Both the position numbers and the translations under genes were made by a program. The notes beneath the pieces were generated by a model. That model searched no databases. It worked only from the letters and a program-made list of their open reading frames with translations, and was not told the DNA's origin. This document shows, piece after piece, positions 9,065 to 16,322 of a DNA stretch of 32,000 nucleotides. The DNA lies in the NCBI RefSeq assembly GCF_000195975.1, contig NC_005070.1, positions 510,001 through 542,000 of the forward strand, in the 5' to 3' direction. Within the stretch, counting starts at the first letter, position 1, and each line of letters opens with the position of its first letter. The stretch comes from Parasynechococcus marenigrum WH 8102. Lineage in GTDB: Bacteria; Cyanobacteriota; Cyanobacteriia; PCC-6307; Cyanobiaceae.

Positions 9065-10660
9065 TCAGCGGACTTGGCCGAGCCTTCGATCTGGCAAGCG
9101 GCGACCGGTGCGACAGTCGGTGACTTCGGCCTGCAGCCAGGCATCAGCGTCTACCTGCAGGCTCAGGCGTAGGCAGTCCTCACCTGCCCGCCCCGGTGGA
9201 TCCAGGGGCAGGGGCGCGGCGGCATCAGGCCAGGGTTTATGGCGGAGGTCACCCTCCTCCTCCCGTTGAAGGGTGGGCACACCATCTACGTCAATCACGC
9301 TGAAGCGACGCTCTGCTGCTGGTTCCCCCAACAGCAGCTCCAGCTCGGTCTGGCCATCGCAGCTAGCGGCCAGGACCAGCTCAAACGGCTGCGGACTTGG
9401 CCATGGCTGTCCAGCCACGAAAAGGGGATGCCAGCAATGCTGCTGACTGCGCTGGTCCCAGGTGCGCAGCGACACGCCGTGTTGCAGCACATCCCGGATC
9501 GCCACGCCCGGTGTGAGGCTGAGGGCCCCAAGTGCCACCGCCTCCACCGGGGGTGGGGTGAACAGCGGCGCCGGGGCGGTGTGCTCCTCCAACCAGCGGC
9601 GCAGCCAGGGCAGTTGGGCGCCGCCGCCCACCACCACCACGGCATCCAGTTCGCTGAGGTCGCAGCCGTGCCGTCGCCCCCCCGTGAGGGTGGCCTCCAG
9701 CAGCTGTCGCAGGGCGTCTGCCAGCCCACGTTCCTCCAGCAAGGCTTCCAGCTGGCGACGCGACATTCGCAACGGTTGGTTGCCCCCGCCTGTCGGTGTT
9801 TCTTCGAGAACGGTCTGCTCCGCCAGATCCGGATCACTGAGTCGGCATTTGAGCCGTTCCGCTGCGTTCAGCAAGGCGGGGGTCAGCGGCGCCTCCGGGC
9901 AGCAGGCGTCCGCGATCCAGCGATCGATGTCGCGCCCCCCCAGCCGCAGGCCCGCCTTGCCCAGCACGTCGGCATTGCGCAAGCGTTGGCGGCTGCTTTC
10001 CCCCAGTTGACGGCCCCCCAGCCGCAGCAGCTGGGCGATCGGAGCCGCTTTGCCTTCACCCCCCTGCAGCGCCACCAGTGCCAGGTCGAGGGTGCTGCCG
10101 CCGAGATCGACCACGAGCAGTCGCGCGCCAGGGGGCAGGCCGGCACCGAGGGCCGCGGCGGTGGGTTCGTCCACCAGGGCGATCTCCTCCACCGGCAGCT
10201 CAGCACAGGCCTCCAACAGCCAGCTGCGGTAGCTGCGGTAGGTCTCCACAGGCGCCGTCAGCACCAACCGTTCCACCCGCAGCTGCTGAGGCAGCAGACT
10301 CCAGATTCCTGCGAGCAGCAGGGCACCGGCCCTGGCGGCCTGATCGCCCTTGACCTTGCTGCCTTTGTCTTGGCTGTCAATCTCTTGGCTGCCGATGTGG
10401 CGCTTGAAGTCCCTGGCCAGGTGGGGGTCGTCCTGGTCGGCAAGCCCCGCTTCGATCACCTGCATCCCAAGCAGAGGAGATTCGTCGCTGAGCCAGAGCA
10501 GGCTGGGCACTTCCCCCAGGCGCTGGCTGATCGGGGGCAGATCCAGCAGGCGGGGGTTGCGTTCCCCGGCTACCGCGAAGGCCACCACGGTGGTGGTGCT
10601 GCCCAGGTCGATGGCCAGGGTGCCTGCAACGGCTGAATTCTGAAGCTTTTCTTCTCCCAC
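9065..10660 (-). CDS. Hsp70-family (DnaK-like) protein, atypical short form
   Basis: Actin-fold ATPase motifs AIDLGSTTTVVAF, LVVDLGGSTLDLALV and VVVVGGGAQLPWL. It is only 531 aa, with a short beta-rich C-terminus and no helical lid or EEVD. Starts at GTG. Confidence 0.85.
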   Translation of the reverse strand: MGEEKLQNSAVAGTLAIDLGSTTTVVAFAVAGERNPRLLDLPPISQRLGEVPSLLWLSDESPLLGMQVIEAGLADQDDPHLARDFKRHIGSQEIDSQDKGSKVKGDQAARAGALLLAGIWSLLPQQLRVERLVLTAPVETYRSYRSWLLEACAELPVEEIALVDEPTAAALGAGLPPGARLLVVDLGGSTLDLALVALQGGEGKAAPIAQLLRLGGRQLGESSRQRLRNADVLGKAGLRLGGRDIDRWIADACCPEAPLTPALLNAAERLKCRLSDPDLAEQTVLEETPTGGGNQPLRMSRRQLEALLEERGLADALRQLLEATLTGGRRHGCDLSELDAVVVVGGGAQLPWLRRWLEEHTAPAPLFTPPPVEAVALGALSLTPGVAIRDVLQHGVSLRTWDQRSQQHCWHPLFVAGQPWPSPQPFELVLAASCDGQTELELLLGEPAAERRFSVIDVDGVPTLQREEEGDLRHKPWPDAAAPLPLDPPGRAGEDCLRLSLQVDADAWLQAEVTDCRTGRRLPDRRLGQVR

Positions 10661-10722
10661 GCAGGTCCGGACCGTGACGGGGGCACGGTGAATGAAGATT
10701 GAGATTAGTGGGACCCGCCTGG

Positions 10723-11007
10723 ATGGATCGCCTTCAGCAGCTGATTTTTTCCTTCTATCGGGAGGATCCCCTGATGGAGGAGCTGCTGGAACCCCTGCGG
10801 GATTGCCGCATGCGTCGCAGCTGGGGCAGCATCCGGATCGAATGCGTGGATGCTGCCCATCTTGAGCAGATGAGTGGCCTGCTGGTGCACCTGAGACTTC
10901 CCCTGGCGGCCCTGGGGCTGGGACGTCAGATCGTGCTGCGGGTGCCCGGATCGTTGCAGCGCAGCTATCCGATGCATGTGCCCTTCCACAGCGATCAGTT
11001 CGTTTGA
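10723..11007 (+). CDS. conserved hypothetical protein
   Basis: High GC3 ORF divergent from the Hsp70-like gene. ATG 10723 (MDRLQQLIFSFYRE...) is preferred over TTG 10699. Confidence 0.55.
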   Translation: MDRLQQLIFSFYREDPLMEELLEPLRDCRMRRSWGSIRIECVDAAHLEQMSGLLVHLRLPLAALGLGRQIVLRVPGSLQRSYPMHVPFHSDQFV

Positions 11008-11046
11008 GGTCGCCAACTAAGCTTAAGTCTTATGTGAGAACAGCTC

Positions 11047-11274
11047 GTGATTTCTGCAGGTGTGGATTCCAGTGACCTCGCTAAGCGCGGTGAAAGCCTG
11101 ATTCGGCAATCCAGTAACCGCTATCTCACCACCGTGCGCATTGCCTTTCGGGCCAAGCAACGCCGCTTTGATGACTTCGACGGTCTGCTGGAGGAATCCA
11201 GCGTGAAGCCCGTGCAGCGCGCCATTGTCGAGCTGAGCGACGAGCAGGATCAGCCCGACCTGCTGCCCGGCTGA
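11047..11274 (+). CDS. rpoZ: DNA-directed RNA polymerase omega subunit
   Basis: 75 aa: [41 protein letters not shown] is the cyanobacterial RpoZ pattern. Starts at GTG. Confidence 0.85.
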   Translation: MISAGVDSSDLAKRGESLIRQSSNRYLTTVRIAFRAKQRRFDDFDGLLEESSVKPVQRAIVELSDEQDQPDLLPG

Positions 11275-11287
11275 TTGCGGCGAAGAC

Positions 11288-11671
11288 GTGATTCAACAGG
11301 AGGGTCCCGGTTGGCGTTTGGCCCGGGACCCATCCCGTGGCGTTCATCCCGTCCTGATCGGAGGAGAGGGGTGGGCGTTTGAGCTGACCCAGCCTGAGTG
11401 GGACGCCCTGTCCGATCTTGTGCTGACCCTGGAACGCCAGCATCGAGCGCTGGTGGATCAACTGATGGCCGAGGAGGCGATTGAGCTGGAGCTGGATCGC
11501 GGGCTCTGGTGGGGGTGTCTGCAGGGCGACCGCGGCAGCTGGAGCCTGTCCGTTGTGTTGACGCCGGACGCGGGACGGGGTGTTGAGGGCCACTGGCCCG
11601 CTCCGGCCAGTGCGGCGATCGTCGCGGCGATGAGAACGCTGTGGGACACCAGGATTGATCAGCGTGACTGA
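11288..11671 (+). CDS. DUF1818-like conserved cyanobacterial protein
   Basis: 127 aa, starting EGPGWRLARDP...GGEGWAFELTQPEW. Starts at GTG, 13 nt after rpoZ. Confidence 0.65.
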   Translation: MIQQEGPGWRLARDPSRGVHPVLIGGEGWAFELTQPEWDALSDLVLTLERQHRALVDQLMAEEAIELELDRGLWWGCLQGDRGSWSLSVVLTPDAGRGVEGHWPAPASAAIVAAMRTLWDTRIDQRD

Positions 11672-11971
11672 TCAATGGACGCTGATTGATTCCTTCCACC
11701 AGGCACCCCCTGCTTGTGCACAGCTTTTCCACAGGGAGTTGTTGTCGATGCGTCTGAGGGCATGCGGCTGTGGAAAAGACGGTTTTCTCGGTCGGCTTGG
11801 TTGACGGGTAGGTCCAGGGGGCGTTTTGGCTCCTGGCTGCCTCCATCCATTGCCAGGACTGCAGTCAGAGCCTTGATCTCAATCGGAGATCGATGCGAAC
11901 AACAGGATTCACCCCGCCCTTGACGCGGCCCTTGCCGTGTGGAGAAGTGGTGAGCAATCGAGAGCGGTGAG

Positions 11972-12220
11972 ATGTCTCAACAGCCGGAATCCATGGCCGT
12001 CGGTGATGACAGCGTCGTCAGTTTTCAAGCCGAGATGCCTCTGCCGCTCCAGCAGGCCATGACCCGCTTCATCGAGGGACATCCCAACTGGGATCAGTAC
12101 CGGCTGGTGCAGGCGGCGCTAGCGGGATTCCTGGTGCAGAACGGGATTGAGTCCAGGGAGATCACCCGCGTTTACGTGGGCAACATGTTCCGGCGGGAAA
12201 CGCTCCTGCATGGCGTTTGA
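11972..12220 (+). CDS. DUF2811-like conserved cyanobacterial protein
   Basis: 82 aa. PLPLQQAMTRFIEGHPNWDQYRLVQAALAGFLVQNG matches the family pattern from memory. Confidence 0.65.
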   Translation: MSQQPESMAVGDDSVVSFQAEMPLPLQQAMTRFIEGHPNWDQYRLVQAALAGFLVQNGIESREITRVYVGNMFRRETLLHGV

Positions 12221-12796
12221 GTTCGGCAGCAGGCCATCAGGATCAGGGCGCTGAATGGAAGGCTGAACAGCAGGACCAGGGAGGCACCGATTAGTCCGAG
12301 CAGATTGATGCCGATGAGCAATCCCAACAACGCCAGTACCTTCAAGCTGTTGTGGCGCACCAGTTGCCGGCTGTGATCCATCGCCTGCAGTGCTCTGTGG
12401 CGGTGATGCACCAGCAGAGGTAAGGCCAGCACCTGGCTGAACAGCCAGCACAGCATCAGCAGCCCGCCGCACCAACCAACCCCAGCTGAGGGGAGGCTTG
12501 GATGCCGACTCTGCTGGCAAAAGCTGGTCCGCCAGGCGCAACAGAGCAAGCAGGGGCAGCAGGGGTAGCACCAGGCTCGCGGCCACCATTAGATCCCCGA
12601 GCCAGCCAAAGCCGAGCTGGCGCAGATCCTCCCCAAGCAACGCCGGACCGATGGCGCTGAGCAGTAGCGCTGTCGCCAGGCCCACACAGCGCCAGGGCGC
12701 TTTCCCAAAGCCGATCCAGGCCCGGGGGAGCAGGGTGACCAGAGGCAGCTCAGTGGAGGGGGCCAAGGCGTTCCAGCAGGTCGGCGGCCGTGGCAT
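12172..12796 (-). pseudogene. polytopic membrane protein gene, apparently split by a frameshift near 12470..12500
   Basis: The upstream half is coding in the frame of ORF 12119..12796 (TM-like LATALLLSAIGPALLG and LMVAASLVLPLLPLLALL, high GC3). The downstream half is coding in the frame of ORF 12172..12549 (LLMLCWLFSQVLALPLLV and VLALLGLLIGINLLGLIGASLVLLFSLPFSALILMACC, high GC3). The first frame becomes T-rich at third codon positions and loses its hydrophobic TM-like character after about 12480. Confidence 0.5.
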
Positions 12797-13211
12797 CCGG
12801 TACCGGCAGGATCGAGAGACGGTTGCCCCGTTTGATCACCGGCAGTTGCTCCTCGCTGTACTGCTCCCGCAGTTGATCAAGGCTCAGCAGCTGCTGGAAT
12901 TCCCCCAGAAACCGCAGCCTGGCGCAGTCCCAGCGGGGCTTGTCGCGGTTGGATTTCGGGTCGTAGTACTTGGCATCTGGATCGAACTGGGTGGGATCCA
13001 CCAGGCCGATCTCCTCCACTTCCATCAGACCGATGATGCCGGGGGGCTTGCAGTTCGAGTGATAGAAGAAAGCCTGGTCGCCGATGGCCATCGAACGCAT
13101 GAAGTTGCGGGCCTGGTAGTTGCGGATGCCATCCCAGAGCGTGCTGCCTTCACGGCGGAGGTCATCGATTCCATAGGCCTCGGGCTCGCTTTTCATCAGC
13201 CAGAACGCCAC
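12750..13211 (-). CDS. EVE (PUA-like, DUF55) domain protein
   Basis: MAFWLMKSEPEAYGIDDLRREGSTLWDGIRNYQARNFMRSMAIGDQAFFYHSN is the canonical EVE-domain N-terminus. Confidence 0.85.
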   Translation of the reverse strand: MAFWLMKSEPEAYGIDDLRREGSTLWDGIRNYQARNFMRSMAIGDQAFFYHSNCKPPGIIGLMEVEEIGLVDPTQFDPDAKYYDPKSNRDKPRWDCARLRFLGEFQQLLSLDQLREQYSEEQLPVIKRGNRLSILPVPDATAADLLERLGPLH

Positions 13212-13286
13212 CTGTAACTCCCTTCACGGTTGATGTCATCATCCGCGTTTCAGCCGGGATCGGGGGATCAATCGAGTCGATTTGTC

Positions 13287-14678
13287 TCAGTTCAGCCCGC
13301 TTTGAACCTGATGAATCAGCTGTTTGAAGTGATCGCCGCGGGCTTCGAAGTCGCGGTATTGATCAAAGCTGGCGCAGGCCGGAGAGAGCAGCAGGCTGGT
13401 TGCCCCCAGCGCCTCAGCAGACCGCACCGCTTCTTCAACGGCAGACGTTAGGTCTGTGCGGCGGGTCAGCTCTCCTGTGAAGTTTGCCCCGGTGATGAGC
13501 CCATGAAGTTCCTCGGTGCCGGCGCCGAACAGCACCACGGCGCAGGCTTTGCGGTTCAGTTCCTCCAGCCAACCGGTGGCATCACCCTGCTTGGTGGATC
13601 CTCCCGCCAGCACCACCACCGGCCCCTGCATCGCCTTCAGTCCCACCGCAGCAGCGTCGTAATTGGTGGCCTTGCTGTCGTTGAACACCTGCGCGTTTCC
13701 GATGCGTCCCACTGGTTCGAGGCGATGAGGGACTCCAGGGAAGGAACGCAGCCCCGCCACGATTGATGCAGGGCTGAGGCCGATCTGCCGCGCCGCGGCG
13801 GTGACCAGCAGCAGGTTCTGGCGGTTGTGAGCCCCCGGCATGGCCAGCGCTTCAGCGGGGAACAACGGCTGTGATCGATCACAGACCCAACCCTTGCCGT
13901 TGATCCACAGGTCGGCGGGGTGACCATCGGGTTGCGCCGACTCGGCGCTGACCCAGGTGCCACCGGTCCAGCTTTGACGCTGCTGTCGCAGGTCTGGATC
14001 GTCGGCGTTGAAGATGGCGTGGTCCGAGCGTTCGAGCAGGCCGCGCTTGATCGCTCGATAGGCCTCCACCGTGCCGTGCCGTTCCAGATGGTCCGGGGTG
14101 AGGGTGGTCCAAATGCCGATTCGGGGGCGGATGCGCTTGGCGGCTTCGATCTGATAGCTGCTGAGTTCCATCACCAGCCAGTCGGGGGCGGTGGTGTGCT
14201 CCTGCTGGAGGTTGAGGGCCATTTCGGCGGCGGACACCCCCATGTTTCCGCCCATGGGAGCGGCCAGTCCGGCTTGGCAGAGCACGTGGCTCAGCAGGTG
14301 GGTGACGGTGGTTTTGCCGTTGGTTCCGGTGATGCCCACCCAGGGGATGTGCTTCAAGGCATCCCAGGCCACCGCCATCTCTCCATCCACGGCAACACCG
14401 CGTTGGCGTAAGTCGTCGAGCGTGGGGTGATCCCAGGGCACGCCCGGGCTGATCACCACCCGCTGCAGTTGGTCCAGCCAGGGACGGAAGCTGTCGATCG
14501 CAAGCGGTGCCTGAAGTTGAACCTCGACACCCTGCTGGCGTAGCCCCTCTGCCTTCTTCTCCAACTGCTCACCTTGGCCGGAGTCGATCACGGAAACGGG
14601 ATGGCCCGTGGCTTGCAGGAGGCGGGCAGCACCTTGACCCGATCGCCCAAGTCCGACGACGACGGTTTGGGCCATCAA
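13287..14678 (-). CDS. murD: UDP-N-acetylmuramoylalanine--D-glutamate ligase
   Basis: 463 aa. VVGLGRSGQGAARLL (N-terminal Rossmann fold) and GITGTNGKTTVTHLL (Mur ligase P-loop). Confidence 0.93.
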   Translation of the reverse strand: MMAQTVVVGLGRSGQGAARLLQATGHPVSVIDSGQGEQLEKKAEGLRQQGVEVQLQAPLAIDSFRPWLDQLQRVVISPGVPWDHPTLDDLRQRGVAVDGEMAVAWDALKHIPWVGITGTNGKTTVTHLLSHVLCQAGLAAPMGGNMGVSAAEMALNLQQEHTTAPDWLVMELSSYQIEAAKRIRPRIGIWTTLTPDHLERHGTVEAYRAIKRGLLERSDHAIFNADDPDLRQQRQSWTGGTWVSAESAQPDGHPADLWINGKGWVCDRSQPLFPAEALAMPGAHNRQNLLLVTAAARQIGLSPASIVAGLRSFPGVPHRLEPVGRIGNAQVFNDSKATNYDAAAVGLKAMQGPVVVLAGGSTKQGDATGWLEELNRKACAVVLFGAGTEELHGLITGANFTGELTRRTDLTSAVEEAVRSAEALGATSLLLSPACASFDQYRDFEARGDHFKQLIHQVQSGLN

Positions 14679-14799
14679 TTAAAAGCGAGCCAGATGCGCA
14701 GAAGCCTACGGGGATCAGTAGAAGTGCTAGTAATTATTTTGAAAAAATGCCTCTAAGTGACTTTTTCCAGCAGAAATTAGACGCTGCTCTGATATGGAA

Positions 14800-14871
14800 T
14801 GGGCGATACTGGATTTGAACCAGTGACTCCTACAATGTCAATGTAGTGCTCTACCCCTGAGCTAATCGCCC
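14800..14871 (-). tRNA. tRNA-Val (anticodon GAC), no encoded CCA
   Basis: The reverse complement GGGCGATTAGCTCAGGGGTAGAGCACTACATTGACATTGTAGGAGTCACTGGTTCAAATCCAGTATCGCCCA folds into a full cloverleaf: acceptor GGGCGAT/ATCGCCC, D stem GCTC/GAGC, anticodon stem CTACA/TGTAG with loop TTGACAT, T stem ACTGG/CCAGT. Confidence 0.95.
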
Positions 14872-14943
14872 GAAACGAAGACAACCAACGTGCACTGTCG
14901 GTTGATTTCGGGATTTGAGATTAGCAGCAGGCCTGCCTGTACC

Positions 14944-15723
14944 TCAGCGGCGCATCAGTTCAATCCGCCAGCGCTCGCGCTTGGTCAGGGTGCAGGACAA
15001 GAGCTCGAGGCTGCCGCGATCCTGCAGCTGCAGGCGATCACCCACCTTCAGTTCGCGACTCCCTTGGAGGACCGGTTCCCAGTTCAACCGCAGGCGTCCG
15101 GCCTTGATCTGACTAACCACCTTGGATCGGGACAGCCCGAATCCGGCTGAGGCGATGGCGTCGATTCGACAGGAGGCCTCCACGGTGGTGAGCCGTTTGG
15201 GATTGCGTTGGGCCGGCAACTGCAGCTGCGTGATCTCGAGAACGTCGCAGTGAATTTCCACATCCCGCAGCTGGCCGCGGCGCCCCTGCAGCAGTTCGGC
15301 CGCATTCGGGCTGATCAGTCCCTGACCACCGCGATCGCCGCGCACCCAGAGGTCGCCGAGATCCTCCGGCTGGGCTCCCATGTTGTGCAGGGCCGACCGC
15401 AGATCCTCAGGCGTGAGGGGGTCAAACAGAAAGTTGCCTTCGATCAGCAGTCCCTGAATCGGGGGGGTGCTCTCCACAGGCTGATCGCGGCGATGGCAAA
15501 GCAAGCGGCAACGTTCGGCTCCTTGGTGACCACCGTCGCGATGCCAGGCCAGTTCGCTGAGGTCACTCAACCGCTTCAGCGCTTCCTCCTGGAGGGGGGC
15601 GTCAAGAAAGTCGCTCCAGCTCGGTTGCCAGGTGCGCAGCACCTGCTCGGCCAGATCCAACAAGGCGGCCAGGCCCTCGGGATGACGGGCCTTGGTCAAC
15701 AGGTCTTCCCGCGGCAGCCTCAC
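14944..15723 (-). CDS. photosystem II S4-domain protein (RNA-binding S4 family)
   Basis: The C-terminal S4 module is KVVSQIKAGRLRLNWEPVLQGSRELKVGDRLQL. The most likely start is GTG 15723, which overlaps the upstream gene's stop (GTGA). The longer ORF-track start at 15819 lies inside the upstream gene. Confidence 0.8.
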   Translation of the reverse strand: MRLPREDLLTKARHPEGLAALLDLAEQVLRTWQPSWSDFLDAPLQEEALKRLSDLSELAWHRDGGHQGAERCRLLCHRRDQPVESTPPIQGLLIEGNFLFDPLTPEDLRSALHNMGAQPEDLGDLWVRGDRGGQGLISPNAAELLQGRRGQLRDVEIHCDVLEITQLQLPAQRNPKRLTTVEASCRIDAIASAGFGLSRSKVVSQIKAGRLRLNWEPVLQGSRELKVGDRLQLQDRGSLELLSCTLTKRERWRIELMRR

Positions 15724-16226
15724 AGATCGTTCAGGCGCACCACCTGCTGCGGGCGGCTGCGTTGCACCACCTGCCAGGGCGCTTCGATGCCGTTGGGGGT
15801 CTCCACCAGCACCAGCCATGAGCCTTCATCGCGTCGGTTGCGCAGGATGCGCACGCCGGCTTCGTTGTCGGAATCCACGCTGGCCGCCGCGGCATAACTG
15901 CCCATCAGACCGGAACCCATTCCCATCAATCCACCGATCAGCGTCTCCCCCCAAGGCCCGAAGGCAGCAAAAGTGGTGAGGTTGGTGATCTTGGTGAAGG
16001 TCACGCCGGCCAGAAACCCGAAGGGCATCAGCCAGCGGGCCATGGCCTTCTGGCGCCGTTGGCGGGTGAGGTTGGGACTGAGCAGGGCCACGCTGTCGAT
16101 GGCGTTCCCTTCCGGTGGAATCGCCTGGCACATCAGCAGGGGTACGTCCGTGTCCCGCAGCTGCTGGGTCAGTCCTTCGGCTGCCGCTTGATCAGACAGA
16201 ACCACGACGCAGACGGGCATTCGCAC
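15720..16226 (-). CDS. conserved hypothetical membrane protein with a glycine-zipper TM segment
   Basis: 168 aa. The central hydrophobic segment is WLMPFGFLAGVTF...LIGGLMGMGSGLMGSYAAAA. High GC3. Start is GTG 16226 or ATG 16220. Confidence 0.65.
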   Translation of the reverse strand: MRMPVCVVVLSDQAAAEGLTQQLRDTDVPLLMCQAIPPEGNAIDSVALLSPNLTRQRRQKAMARWLMPFGFLAGVTFTKITNLTTFAAFGPWGETLIGGLMGMGSGLMGSYAAAASVDSDNEAGVRILRNRRDEGSWLVLVETPNGIEAPWQVVQRSRPQQVVRLNDL

Positions 16227-16322
16227 ACAGCTTGTGGCTTGAATTCTGAACCCTGTCCTTCGAAGTTCCGGGGCAGTGAATGCCGATCACTACAGTTCGG
16301 CGCGGCAGTACCGCGCCCAGCG

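Noticed and set aside
11659-11850. 63-aa minus-strand ORF (and the 69-aa plus-strand ORF 11714..11923) inside the 300-nt gap.
   Set aside because: GC3 is mediocre and the sequence is hydrophilic and featureless. The minus-strand ORF overlaps the DUF1818 stop and contains the 11-bp inverted repeat. I treat the region as non-coding until shown otherwise.
16299-16317. GC-rich hairpin GGCGCGG-CAGTA-CCGCGCC ending 5 nt upstream of the serA ATG, considered as a possible riboswitch or attenuator.
   Set aside because: It is a single short hairpin with no alternative pairing, no U-run and no known motif. It is probably incidental in GC-rich DNA and is noted only as a possible influence on translation initiation.
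16059-16322. N-terminal extensions in the ORF track: serA from 16059, groES from 280, pyrR from 7121, petF from 18886, truB from 26041, the S4-domain gene from 15819 and psbV from 20344.
   Set aside because: The extensions overlap neighbouring genes or regulatory elements and translate to non-homologous, low-complexity sequence. Conserved N-termini begin at the internal starts used in the feature list.
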